Virus record (IMG/VR): IMGVR_UViG_2788500332_000005
Span: 3,633 to 67,632 of that record
DNA length: 64,000 nt
Strand: one strand, 5' to 3'
From: a virus
Lineage: Duplodnaviria; Caudoviricetes
The notes under the pieces were generated by a model. That model was not told the DNA's origin, ran no database searches, and saw nothing but the letters and a program-made list of their open reading frames with translations. Numbering within the stretch: position 1 is the stretch's first letter; every line of letters starts with the position of its first letter. The translations under genes were made by a program, and so were the position numbers. This document shows, one piece after another, positions 17,811-26,163 of the stretch.

Positions 17811-17846
17811 AGCCCCGCCCTCCACACGGAAGGCGGGGCTTTCTTT
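17811..17846 (+). terminator. rho-independent terminator
   Basis: AGCCCCGCC...GGCGGGGCT-TTCTTT. Confidence 0.7.
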
Positions 17847-17865
17847 GCTTCAGCCAGCCGAAGCG

Positions 17866-19038
17866 TCAGTCCTTGTAGGGATCGAAGGCGTCGTTCCCGG
17901 CCATCAGAACGCCGATCGGCTTGAGCGTATGGACGACCTCAACGGTTCCGGCGTGTTCGGCGAGCACCTCGTCCAGGCGGCGGTAGGCCTGCGGCGCCTC
18001 GTCGACATCGCCACCAATGACCATCACGCCGAAGTCGCGCAGCCAGGTTTGCCAGTCGTCATGGCGGACCCGCCCCGGCTGGCGGATCTTCTTTCCCCGC
18101 TCGTCCTTCACGAACCGGCCTCGAGCTTCGGTGCGCGACATGATGCGGCCGGCGCCGTGGACCGTCGAGTAGAGCGAGGCGGCGGACTTCTCGCTCTCGA
18201 CCCCCCGGAGAATGACCGCGTTGTCGCCCATGGAGCCGCCAACAAAGCCGTATTGTCCGGGGAATGCCGGAGTGGCACCCTTGCGCACCACCCACATGCC
18301 GACGCCGCCGTGCGTTTCCTGCCACACGAAATTATGGTGGTTGTGGACCGTGAAATTCGCCGACGCGCCAATCAACCGGCGCACGCGCTCGACGACCCAA
18401 GCGCGGCCAGCGTAGGCATAGAGGCCGCCCAGCTCGACACCGGCAAGATAGCCGCGCCCGAGGTCGCTGTCGGCCTCGATCAGAGCGGGGTCGACCTCCA
18501 TGCCATCCTTGGCGCCGACGGCCTTGAGATACTTCGTCGTGATCTTGTGGCCCAGGCCGCGCGAGCCGAAGTGGACACCGATCCAGGCAAACCCGTCCTC
18601 GTCTTCGAGGATGTCGACGTAGTGGTTTCCCGAGCCGACGGTTCCGAGCTGGTCTCGGGCCATGGGCTTCAGATCCTCGACGTCGGCCGCCTTCCAGAGA
18701 TCGGAGTCGAACAGGGCATGGTCGACCTTCTCACCGTTGGAACGACCGATGCCGAAGCTGATGCAGGAGGCGATATCGGAAAGGATGGTGCCAAGCTGCG
18801 GCTTCAGATCTTCGGCACGGGCGTCCAGGCGAACGGCCATATTCCCGCATGCAATATCGAACCCGACTCCCGAGATCGAGATGTGGTTCGTGTAGCCGAC
18901 AACGCCGCCTATCGGATGGGCGTACCCAAGGTGGCCGTCGGCGCAGAGGACGCCAGCCGCGGCACTGCCGGCGGCAAGGCACCGATCAAGTTGTGCGAGA
19001 GTGCGCTCGTCGTGGTTCCCGTAGATAATGGGGGGCAT
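17866..19038 (-). CDS. rtcB: RtcB RNA ligase
   Basis: ADGHLG, GFDIACG, GTVGSGNHY, HFGSRGLGH, NHHN, VVRKGAT, GSMG, STVHGAGR, DEAPQAY. Confidence 0.95.
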   Translation of the reverse strand: MPPIIYGNHDERTLAQLDRCLAAGSAAAGVLCADGHLGYAHPIGGVVGYTNHISISGVGFDIACGNMAVRLDARAEDLKPQLGTILSDIASCISFGIGRSNGEKVDHALFDSDLWKAADVEDLKPMARDQLGTVGSGNHYVDILEDEDGFAWIGVHFGSRGLGHKITTKYLKAVGAKDGMEVDPALIEADSDLGRGYLAGVELGGLYAYAGRAWVVERVRRLIGASANFTVHNHHNFVWQETHGGVGMWVVRKGATPAFPGQYGFVGGSMGDNAVILRGVESEKSAASLYSTVHGAGRIMSRTEARGRFVKDERGKKIRQPGRVRHDDWQTWLRDFGVMVIGGDVDEAPQAYRRLDEVLAEHAGTVEVVHTLKPIGVLMAGNDAFDPYKD

Positions 19039-19074
19039 TTTTCCCTCGGATGTGTTGATGGAGGCACCTAAGCG

Positions 19075-19842
19075 TCAGTCGGGAGAGTTCAGCACCACGA
19101 CAGCCGTCTTCACGTCGGTCCCGCTGCTGCGGAAGGCTCCATCCGGCAGCAGCTCGATAGTGCCGTTGCAGCCACCGACGAATTCCCGGAAGGCAATCGT
19201 TTTCTTGTTGTCACGGAAGGAGACGCTGGCCGACATGATCGCGACGAGGCGGCCTCCCGGTTTCAGGAAGCCGTAGGCATGCAGAACATGGTCGATATCA
19301 GCCTGCCGGGCGAAAGGCGGGTTCATGATCAAGCGATCAAAAACCGGGTTCGGTTCGATTGCAAGGAAGTCCCAGAGGTCGAGGCCGCCGGCGCCGAAGG
19401 CGCTATAGTTCCGCCGAACGCATTCGGCGTGTCGCTTCGGATCGATCTCGCAGCCGAAGATACCGGCGCCACTCTCAAGCTTTCGGATGACGGCAGCGAC
19501 GATGTTGCCGACGCCGGCCGATGGCTCGTAGACCTTCATCCCAGGATGGAGATCGGCCAGTTCGACGAGTTGGTCGGCCAGTTCGGGAGGGGTGTCGAAC
19601 TGGCCGAACTCCTGCTTCGTTCTGGTGACCTCGCCGGTGAGGAGAATGGGCTCGATGGCCTCGGCCGCATCCCCATCGAAAAGATGAGCGCTGGCTTTGC
19701 GGTTCCATTTCCCGCCTGCCGCCTCGATCACCTTAACCACCTTGGCGTAGGCCGGCCGGTCAAGCTGGCCGGGCAAAAACATCTTGGCGCCGTCAAACCG
19801 TGACGAATCCAGTATGCGGAGCGTGTCGTCATCGACGAGCAT
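19075..19842 (-). CDS. SAM-dependent DNA (amino) methyltransferase
   Basis: QFDTP, EPSAGVG, IMNPPF motifs. Confidence 0.85.
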   Translation of the reverse strand: MLVDDDTLRILDSSRFDGAKMFLPGQLDRPAYAKVVKVIEAAGGKWNRKASAHLFDGDAAEAIEPILLTGEVTRTKQEFGQFDTPPELADQLVELADLHPGMKVYEPSAGVGNIVAAVIRKLESGAGIFGCEIDPKRHAECVRRNYSAFGAGGLDLWDFLAIEPNPVFDRLIMNPPFARQADIDHVLHAYGFLKPGGRLVAIMSASVSFRDNKKTIAFREFVGGCNGTIELLPDGAFRSSGTDVKTAVVVLNSPD

Positions 19843-19880
19843 GTTGATTTCTCTTGTCTTTTAGGAGGAAAGGCGGCGGA

Positions 19881-21173
19881 TCAGATGTGGCAGTCGACGA
19901 AGGTGATCCACTGGTCGGAGCGGAGGCCGGCGAACAGCTTGTCGAACTGTTCGGCCCAATCGGGCTTCTCGTTGGAGACGCAGGCGAACCAGCCCATCTC
20001 GCCCTTCTCGAACCACTCGCCATCCTTGAGCACGGCAAAAGCGGAAAGCGCAGGCGTGGCCTCGATCCAATCATCGATCGTCTGGCCGTCGGCGGGCTGG
20101 ACCTCATCCCAGAAGTCGGCCCGATGGTAATCCGCGGCTGCGAAACCGTGCTCCTGGATCTTCAGCCACTCGTCGAACTCATTGCCGCGCGGCCGAGGCT
20201 CGGGAAGCGCGAGCCAAGCGGCGATGGCCGCCTTGTAGGCGCGGCGCATGCTGTCGAGTTCCCCAAAATCAGCCGCTCCCGCCTGAACACGGATCTTCTC
20301 CACCATCTCGCGCATTTCAGCGACGCGGGTTGCTTTCAGGGCGGCAAGATCGAGATCGCCGACGCGTGCCTGATTGCCGACCTCCACCCAATCGGTAGGG
20401 AACTTCAACTCGCGACCGGTGCCGCTGCATCCGTTGCAGGTATAGGTCGGGTCTTCGAGCCGCCGAGCCTGCCCGATCGGATCGTCACGCCGACCGGTTC
20501 CCCGGCAGAGGGTGCAGGTCTTGTAATTCCGCTCATCCTTTTCGGGGTCATAGCCGGGAGCCAGGCGGCCACCGTAACGACCTCCGACCACCCACCAATC
20601 CCACTTAGCGTTGGGATTGGTGCGATCGATGATCTTCACCACGGCGCCAGCCTCGTCGACCACCGCGTAGCCGTACTTGTGCTCCTTTCGGAGATCCGGC
20701 TGTTCACCGGGACGAACGACCTTGGCGTCGTGCCAGCTCTCCAGCCAGTCGCGGAACGACATGACCTCGCTCGCGGGAAACTTGACCTCCTCCCAGCCGT
20801 CCGGCACGAAATGGACCTTGGAGCGATAGCCGCGACCGTCGCCCCAATCCTTGCTCTGGTAGGACATGCCGCCGGCTGTGCCTGTACCCATGGGAGCCTC
20901 GCCACCATGGTTCGCGCGGGTCAGCTCCTCATCCGTCCACTCGCGATAGAACTGGTCATCGTAGGGATCATGCAGGCCGCCGTCAGGAGCCTTGAAACGG
21001 CGTATGGTGCTTCCGGCATACTCCACCCGGCGCTTCTCGGTGATGTCGATATCCTGCACGTACTTGTCGTCCTCGCCCGTGCACTCGAACTCGTGGAAGG
21101 GCTGGAGCGCCATGGAAAGCACGTCGTCGGTCGGCTCCTGGTCGGTCACGACCAGCACACTAAAATGGCTCAT
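19881..21173 (-). CDS. phage hypothetical protein with a DnaJ-type Zn-finger insertion
   Basis: NPNAKWDWWVVGGR and DGEWFEKGEMGWF...VDCH halves; CTLCRGTG...CNGCSGTG insert. Confidence 0.75.
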   Translation of the reverse strand: MSHFSVLVVTDQEPTDDVLSMALQPFHEFECTGEDDKYVQDIDITEKRRVEYAGSTIRRFKAPDGGLHDPYDDQFYREWTDEELTRANHGGEAPMGTGTAGGMSYQSKDWGDGRGYRSKVHFVPDGWEEVKFPASEVMSFRDWLESWHDAKVVRPGEQPDLRKEHKYGYAVVDEAGAVVKIIDRTNPNAKWDWWVVGGRYGGRLAPGYDPEKDERNYKTCTLCRGTGRRDDPIGQARRLEDPTYTCNGCSGTGRELKFPTDWVEVGNQARVGDLDLAALKATRVAEMREMVEKIRVQAGAADFGELDSMRRAYKAAIAAWLALPEPRPRGNEFDEWLKIQEHGFAAADYHRADFWDEVQPADGQTIDDWIEATPALSAFAVLKDGEWFEKGEMGWFACVSNEKPDWAEQFDKLFAGLRSDQWITFVDCHI

Positions 21174-21200
21174 GTTTGCCTCGGTGTTTGCGGGGGAAGA

Positions 21201-21650
21201 TCAGCGGCGAGCGCGCTTGGCGGTGCCTGAAAAGAAGCGGTCGGCGTGGGCGTCCGGGTCGAAGTCCGGCAGGAGCTGGTCCATCATGCGGCCGCCCTTC
21301 GACGCTTGGCGGCGCTGCTCGCGCTCCATCACCGACCAGCAGCCCATGTAGGCGTCATGGCGCCACTTCTCGGCCGGCGGCACGCTGCCCTTGAAGTTGA
21401 AGTAGTCGATGCCGCTGATGGCGTCGGAGATCGTGTTCATGACCTGCGCCCGATCGATAAGCGCGCGGAAGCGATAATCGCGGCCCGGCGTTTCGGTGAC
21501 ATCAGCCGCCGACTCCGGGAAAACCCGCTCGATATCGCCCTTGAACCGCGCCCTCACGAGCAGCTCATCGCTCACCGGCCCTTTGCCGCCGGCATAGCTG
21601 GCCTTCGGGTCGACGATGGAAACGAAGGCGTTGTTGAGAAAAATCCACAT
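21201..21650 (-). CDS. conserved hypothetical protein
   Basis: Start re-called at MWIFLNNAFVSIV; VRAR...DY.FR...IDY.NFK. Confidence 0.7.
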   Translation of the reverse strand: MWIFLNNAFVSIVDPKASYAGGKGPVSDELLVRARFKGDIERVFPESAADVTETPGRDYRFRALIDRAQVMNTISDAISGIDYFNFKGSVPPAEKWRHDAYMGCWSVMEREQRRQASKGGRMMDQLLPDFDPDAHADRFFSGTAKRARR

Positions 21651-21686
21651 TGCTATGTGCGTCCCCTTGTTCGATGTCCCGTACAT

Positions 21687-21783
21687 ATCATAAAAATGAT
21701 AATACACAAGGGATGACGGTGCATAATAATGATATTTACATCCAAAATCGCTTGACCAAAGGCAAATATCTCATATCAATGAT
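21687..21783. promoter_or_regulatory. divergent promoter region with operator sites
   Basis: ATCAT-AAAA-ATGAT (21687-21700), partial site 21720-21733, CTCAT-ATCA-ATGAT (21770-21783), TTGACC at 21752. Confidence 0.65.
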
Positions 21784-21897
21784 GATGCGCACGCCCCTCC
21801 TCCCGGCTCTGCGCCTTCGCGGGGCAAGCGTCCCCCGTCACGCCCCGCGCGCGGCCCCGATGACCTAAGCCTCATCGGGGCCGCTCCGTTTCTGGAG

Positions 21898-22260
21898 ATG
21901 CGAATGGCCGAGACCTTCACCTGCCCGCGCGCGATCGAGGATGGACACGACAGTCCGGTCTTCGCCCATGGCGGCCAAGCTCACTGGCGCGAGGACGGTA
22001 CCTGCTCCTATTGCGGGTCCATGAGTTCCGACGCGTTTTTCAAGGCAATAGATGCCGGCGAGGAGATCATCCCCACCGACAAGAGCTACAAGGCCTACGT
22101 CGGCGCCGCGCACCGGAAGTTCTACTTCCAGCATCTCTCCGAAGCGGAGAAGGTTCGCTTCGTCGAATACCTCAACGCGCGCCGCATCAACATCGGCTAT
22201 CCGGGGCACTTCTACGTCAGGCCCTACTTCGTCTGCTTCCCTGAGAAGTCGGAGGGCTGA
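21898..22260 (+). CDS. hypothetical protein
   Basis: 120 aa with CxxC; coupled to the next gene. Confidence 0.65.
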   Translation: MRMAETFTCPRAIEDGHDSPVFAHGGQAHWREDGTCSYCGSMSSDAFFKAIDAGEEIIPTDKSYKAYVGAAHRKFYFQHLSEAEKVRFVEYLNARRINIGYPGHFYVRPYFVCFPEKSEG

Positions 22261-22262
22261 TC

Positions 22263-23552
22263 GTGCTCAATGCTCCCCTGACGGTCGTATACCGGCCGAT
22301 CGATACCCTCATCGGCTATGCCCGAAACGCTCGCACGCACTCCGACGAGCAGGTCGACCAGATCGCCGCGTCCATCCGCGAGTTCGGCTGGACAAATCCC
22401 ATCCTGATCGATGAGCAGCTGACCATCATCGCCGGCCATGGCCGCCTCGCAGCCGCCAAGAAGCTCGGCATGGACGAGGTGCCGACGATCACCCTCGCCG
22501 GCCTCACCGAGGCCCAGCGCCGCGCCTTGATCCTAGCCGACAACAGGTTGGCGCTGAATGCCGGCTGGGACGAGGATCTGCTTAAGATCGAGCTGCTCGA
22601 TCTCGCCGACGCGCAGTTCGATATTTCGCTGCTCGGCTTCGACGACAAGGAGCTGGCCGCCATCATGGCGCCGGCGCCGTCCGAAGGCCTCACCGATCCG
22701 GACGAAACGCCCGAGGTGCCGCAGGAGCCGGCCAGCGAGCTCGGCGACGTCTGGATCCTCGGCCGTCATCGGCTGGTCTGCGGCGACAGCACCGACACCG
22801 GCACCGTCGAAAAGGCGCTCGCCGGCGTGGTGCCGATGCTGATGGTCACGGACCCGCCCTATGGGGTGGAATACGACGCCGGCTGGCGCGGCGAGGCGAA
22901 AAACGGCGATGGCAAGCCGCTCAGCACTGGCAAGGGCCGGGCGAAGGGCAAGGTCGAGAACGACAACCGCGGAGACTGGAGCGCAGCCTGGGCGCTGTTC
23001 CCCGGCGACGTGGCCTACGTCTGGCACGGCGAGCGCCAGCTCGTCTCGATCGCCGATCAGCTCCAGGATTCAGGCTTCGAGCTTCGGAACCTGATCGTCT
23101 GGGGCAAGAGCGGGTTGGTTGTCGGCCGCGGCAACTATCACAGCCAGCACGAGACCTGCTGGTATGTGGTCCGCAAGGGCGGCACCGGCCACTGGTCCGG
23201 CGATCGCAAGCAGACCACCCTCTGGCAGATCGATAAGCCGCAGAAGTCCGAGACCGGCCACAGCACCCAGAAGCCGGTCGAGTGCATGGCCCGGCCGATC
23301 CGGAACAACAGCTCTCCCGGCCAGGCGGTCTACGAGCCCTTCAGCGGCAGTGGCACAACCATCATCGCCTGTGAGCAGGAGGGCCGATCCTGCCACGCCA
23401 TCGAGCTCAACCCGGCCTATGTCGACGTAGCGGTCACACGGTGGGAGAAGTTCGCCGGCAAGCAAGCCATCCTCGAGGAGACCGGCGAGACCTATCTTCA
23501 GGTGCTCGCCCGGCGCCGGCCGAACGCTCAGATCAAGGCTGAGAAGAAGTAG
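22263..23552 (+). CDS. ParB-N / N4-N6 DNA methyltransferase fusion
   Basis: YARNARTHSDEQV...IIAGHGR (ParB); TDPPYG, HSTQKP, EPFSGSGTT. Confidence 0.92.
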   Translation: MLNAPLTVVYRPIDTLIGYARNARTHSDEQVDQIAASIREFGWTNPILIDEQLTIIAGHGRLAAAKKLGMDEVPTITLAGLTEAQRRALILADNRLALNAGWDEDLLKIELLDLADAQFDISLLGFDDKELAAIMAPAPSEGLTDPDETPEVPQEPASELGDVWILGRHRLVCGDSTDTGTVEKALAGVVPMLMVTDPPYGVEYDAGWRGEAKNGDGKPLSTGKGRAKGKVENDNRGDWSAAWALFPGDVAYVWHGERQLVSIADQLQDSGFELRNLIVWGKSGLVVGRGNYHSQHETCWYVVRKGGTGHWSGDRKQTTLWQIDKPQKSETGHSTQKPVECMARPIRNNSSPGQAVYEPFSGSGTTIIACEQEGRSCHAIELNPAYVDVAVTRWEKFAGKQAILEETGETYLQVLARRRPNAQIKAEKK

Positions 23553-23769
23553 CGCAGTAGCCCTCGGCGAGCATCCGCAGGGAGAGCCCGACGCCGATCG
23601 CATGCCAGCGCCAATAACCGGTCACCGGCTGGCCGTCGACGGTGATCTCCTGCCAAAAATATTCCTCGCCATCGGGCATCGAGACTACTTCGCCGCGGTG
23701 CCCTATGGTCTTTCCGTTAGCCGGGCCGCCCACACACGGCCCGGCTTTCTCGTCATGCTCAGTGCTCAT
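23533..23769 (-). CDS. hypothetical protein
   Basis: CVGGPANG motif; 78 aa. Confidence 0.55.
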   Translation of the reverse strand: MSTEHDEKAGPCVGGPANGKTIGHRGEVVSMPDGEEYFWQEITVDGQPVTGYWRWHAIGVGLSLRMLAEGYCATSSQP

Positions 23770-23775
23770 CGCTCA

Positions 23776-24147
23776 TCAGCCGATGGCGTCAGCAAACGCC
23801 TTCAACATATTGATAAGATGGTGGCGTTTGCGCTCGGGAACCGTGTCCACGATCTTGGCGGCCAAGAGACCGGACGGGCTGAAGGCGGGAAGCGAATCCA
23901 CCTCGCCCACCTCCGCTGGCAGGAGTTCCGCTACGGTGGCCCTGAGCGAACGGGCGATATCGATCATGCGGGAGCCGCTGACGCGGTTGGTTCCCTTCTC
24001 ATATTTCTGGACTTGCTGTAAGGTAACGCCGATCGTTTCGGCCAGTTGCTCTTGCGTGATGCCACGGAGCGTCCTGTAGCGGCGGATGCGCGCGCCGATT
24101 TCGACGTCTTCCGGACGAACCTTTTTTGCCCTGGTGGTGGTCGTCAT
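23776..24147 (-). CDS. XRE-family HTH regulator
   Basis: GITQEQLAETIGVTLQQVQKYEKGTNRVS. Confidence 0.9.
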   Translation of the reverse strand: MTTTTRAKKVRPEDVEIGARIRRYRTLRGITQEQLAETIGVTLQQVQKYEKGTNRVSGSRMIDIARSLRATVAELLPAEVGEVDSLPAFSPSGLLAAKIVDTVPERKRHHLINMLKAFADAIG

Positions 24148-24234
24148 GGTGAGCCTCGTTCGATGGGAAAAACCGGGCGTTTCGTCGTCGCTCCAGCAGG
24201 CGACGCACTATGCCAGACCCGATATGCCATGATT

Positions 24235-24257
24235 ATCATTATAATGATATTTTGCAA
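24235..24257 (-). promoter_or_regulatory. operator plus TTGCAA -35 element
   Basis: ATCAT-TATA-ATGAT followed by ATTTTGCAAGC. Confidence 0.7.
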
Positions 24258-24280
24258 GCTATGATGCCCGTTATCTCATA

Positions 24281-24304
24281 AAAATAAACCCCGCCGAAGC
24301 GGGG
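24281..24304 (-). terminator. terminator ending the RAMP-like operon
   Basis: CCCCGC-TTCG-GCGGGG-TTTATTTTT on the minus strand. Confidence 0.75.
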
Positions 24305-24321
24305 AGTTTCTCATTTACGCA

Positions 24322-24801
24322 TCAGTTTGCCGTTGGACTTGAAATAACGCTTGCCGTGGAGGCATGAGCAAGGATGACGTCGACCGTCACGCCCTCGGCC
24401 GCGGCGATCTTTCTGAGCACGTCGGCGGGAGGAGCCTTGATCTTCCCCTGCTTCAAATTGTAGAGGGTGGACGGGCTGACACCGGCCTTCTCGGCGAGCG
24501 GGCCGGCCTTGAGACCACGCGCCTTCATGAAGGCAAACAGCGCTGCGGACTTGTCGGCATCCGAGAGGTCGACCCTGCCGCCATACTCTGTCGCCAAAAC
24601 GATTTCCAAACGACTGGCAATCACATTGCCATAGACTAGATCGTCCCGCCCTAGAACAAAGCGCAAGGCATACCTCAATCGCAGCCAAAGCGACGCATCG
24701 CGCGATGTAACGATCTTGACTTCTGCGAGATGCCCACCCGGCTTTGGATCAATATGAATGAAGTGATCTGGAGTATAGTGGTCGCAGGGGATGTAGGTCA
24801 T
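24322..24801 (-). CDS. protein with a C-terminal HTH paralogous to the repressor
   Basis: ALFAFMKARGLKAGPLAEKAGVSPSTLYNLKQG versus repressor ALFNFMAARRLKAGTLARKAGLSPSIFYNLKNG. Confidence 0.75.
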   Translation of the reverse strand: MTYIPCDHYTPDHFIHIDPKPGGHLAEVKIVTSRDASLWLRLRYALRFVLGRDDLVYGNVIASRLEIVLATEYGGRVDLSDADKSAALFAFMKARGLKAGPLAEKAGVSPSTLYNLKQGKIKAPPADVLRKIAAAEGVTVDVILAHASTASVISSPTAN

Positions 24802-24872
24802 GGGGGTATCCTTGGCTGGTGCGTTGAGGGGAGATGAGGCGTGTGGCGGTACGAAGCGCGGCAATGAGGGGA

Positions 24873-25361
24873 TTATTTCGAGATGAACATCGACAGCGTG
24901 TCGTTGGTCGGCAGTTCGCGCGCGGCCGGCGGGACTTTCGCCTCGACCTTCTTGATGGAGGATTCCCTCGTCATCATCGCGATAGCGCTGTTGACGCTCA
25001 TTTCGGCTGAAAACCTGATTTTCTGTTCATTCGTGAGACTGTCGAAGTCGGCCTTCGATTGCCGCTCAACAGCCCGCGCCGCGCTCTTATGGAGCGCGGT
25101 CGTTCTGGCACTGCCGTCGGCTACAATCTCCGCGTCGGTCAGCCGTTTTAGGCCGACGCCACGGACTGCGGAAAACACGAAATCCTTGTCACGAAGAACA
25201 CGCCGCATAGCAGTGGCAATGTTACCGCGGATGTCGTCCAGAGGCCGCGAGACGACCTCGCAGATGCGCTCATAGGGGATGATCTCCCCTTTGGCGCATT
25301 TGGCGAGTTCCTGGGTGATGAGCCGGGTTTCTGCGGAAGATTGGAATATCGGACGAGGCAT
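24873..25361 (-). CDS. accessory protein of the repeat/RAMP locus (possible wHTH)
   Basis: Start re-called at MPRPIF with a GAGG SD; GEIIPYERI...VRGVGLKRL wing-like motif. Confidence 0.7.
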   Translation of the reverse strand: MPRPIFQSSAETRLITQELAKCAKGEIIPYERICEVVSRPLDDIRGNIATAMRRVLRDKDFVFSAVRGVGLKRLTDAEIVADGSARTTALHKSAARAVERQSKADFDSLTNEQKIRFSAEMSVNSAIAMMTRESSIKKVEAKVPPAARELPTNDTLSMFISK

Positions 25362-25374
25362 TCTGAAACCTCTT

Positions 25375-25464
25375 GGTGGCTGTTGCGTAGTGCGGCGTTG
25401 CGACAAGATGCGGCGCGCAGTGGAAAGTTGAAGGGCGCAGCGTAGTCGCTGGTGCGTGAGCACC
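25375..25464 (-). repeat. array C: leader hairpin plus 14 units of (NN + CGC-like triplet); candidate guide RNA
   Basis: Minus strand GGTGC-TCAC-GCACC agc gac TA cgc TG cgc CC ttc AA ctt TC cac TG cgc GC cgc AT ctt GT cgc AA cgc CG cac TA cgc AA cag CC acc. Confidence 0.85.
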
Positions 25465-25493
25465 CAGAAGTGGGCCTTGGTCCATTTTTGGAT

Positions 25494-25570
25494 GCCCACG
25501 ACCGAAGTCGTGGGCGGCTGGTGAGTTGCGTTGCGTGTCGTTGAGAAGCGGCGCGATGCGTTATGGAGGA
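25494..25570 (-). repeat. array B: about 11 units of (NN + CGC-like triplet) followed by a UUCG hairpin
   Basis: Minus strand cat AA cgc AT cgc GC cgc TT ctc AA cga CA cgc AA cgc AA ctc AC cag CC, then GCCCACGAC-TTCG-GTCGTGGGC. Confidence 0.8.
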
Positions 25571-25575
25571 TCAAA

Positions 25576-26148
25576 TCAGGTTTCGGCCCACTCGAAACCG
25601 TCGACATAGAACCGGCCGATCATGCCGCCCTTCTCCGGGCGGAACCTGCCGATGCCGACGAGGCGGCCGGCCTCGACCAGGGCGCGCTCGAAGATGTCCT
25701 TCGGGATCACGTCATCAAGGATGGCGAACGTCGCGGTCCCGGACCACGACTGGATGTAGGGGAAGATGCGCTTGACGCGCTTGCCGCTGCCGCGCACGCC
25801 GTCGGCATTGGCCCAGATGGTGATGGATTCGAGATCGTCCTTCTTGATGCCGATCGGCACGTCGGCGTCGCAGATCTGACCGGCGAGGAAGAACTTGGTG
25901 TAGGTGGACTTACCGCGGCCAGGAATGCCGATATTCAGGCGCTTGATTGCCTCGTCGATCGACATCTTCAGCGCCATGGCCGGGATGCAGACGGTGCCGT
26001 CAGCGTTGACCGTGGACTTCTCTCGCCACAGGCGCTTGTCGTAGCCGGCGGCATCTTCCTTCGGCAGCTTCGGGTGCTCGTCCGGGTCGATCGCCCGACT
26101 CTGCGAATAGGGAGTGGCGGAACGAAGTTCAGCTTTGCAAATGCGCAT
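25576..26148 (-). CDS. RAMP/Cas7-like protein (Vipr-like)
   Basis: N-terminal strand ICKAELRSATPYSQS, central CIPAMALKMSIDEA, C-terminal Gly-rich loop GRLVGIGRFRPEKGGMIGRF; flanked on both sides by 5-nt-period arrays. Confidence 0.7.
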   Translation of the reverse strand: MRICKAELRSATPYSQSRAIDPDEHPKLPKEDAAGYDKRLWREKSTVNADGTVCIPAMALKMSIDEAIKRLNIGIPGRGKSTYTKFFLAGQICDADVPIGIKKDDLESITIWANADGVRGSGKRVKRIFPYIQSWSGTATFAILDDVIPKDIFERALVEAGRLVGIGRFRPEKGGMIGRFYVDGFEWAET

Positions 26149-26163
26149 GATGTTTGCCTTTCA

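Noticed and set aside
21830-21870. Self-target of array A (…GCG GCC CCG ATG ACC)
   Set aside because: Only about four of the dinucleotides match in the gapped register, which is expected by chance in GC-rich DNA.
25270-25607. ORFs reading through arrays B and C (244-aa extension, 71-aa ORF)
   Set aside because: Low-complexity R/A/T translation of the repeats with no SD; the real start is better placed at 25361.
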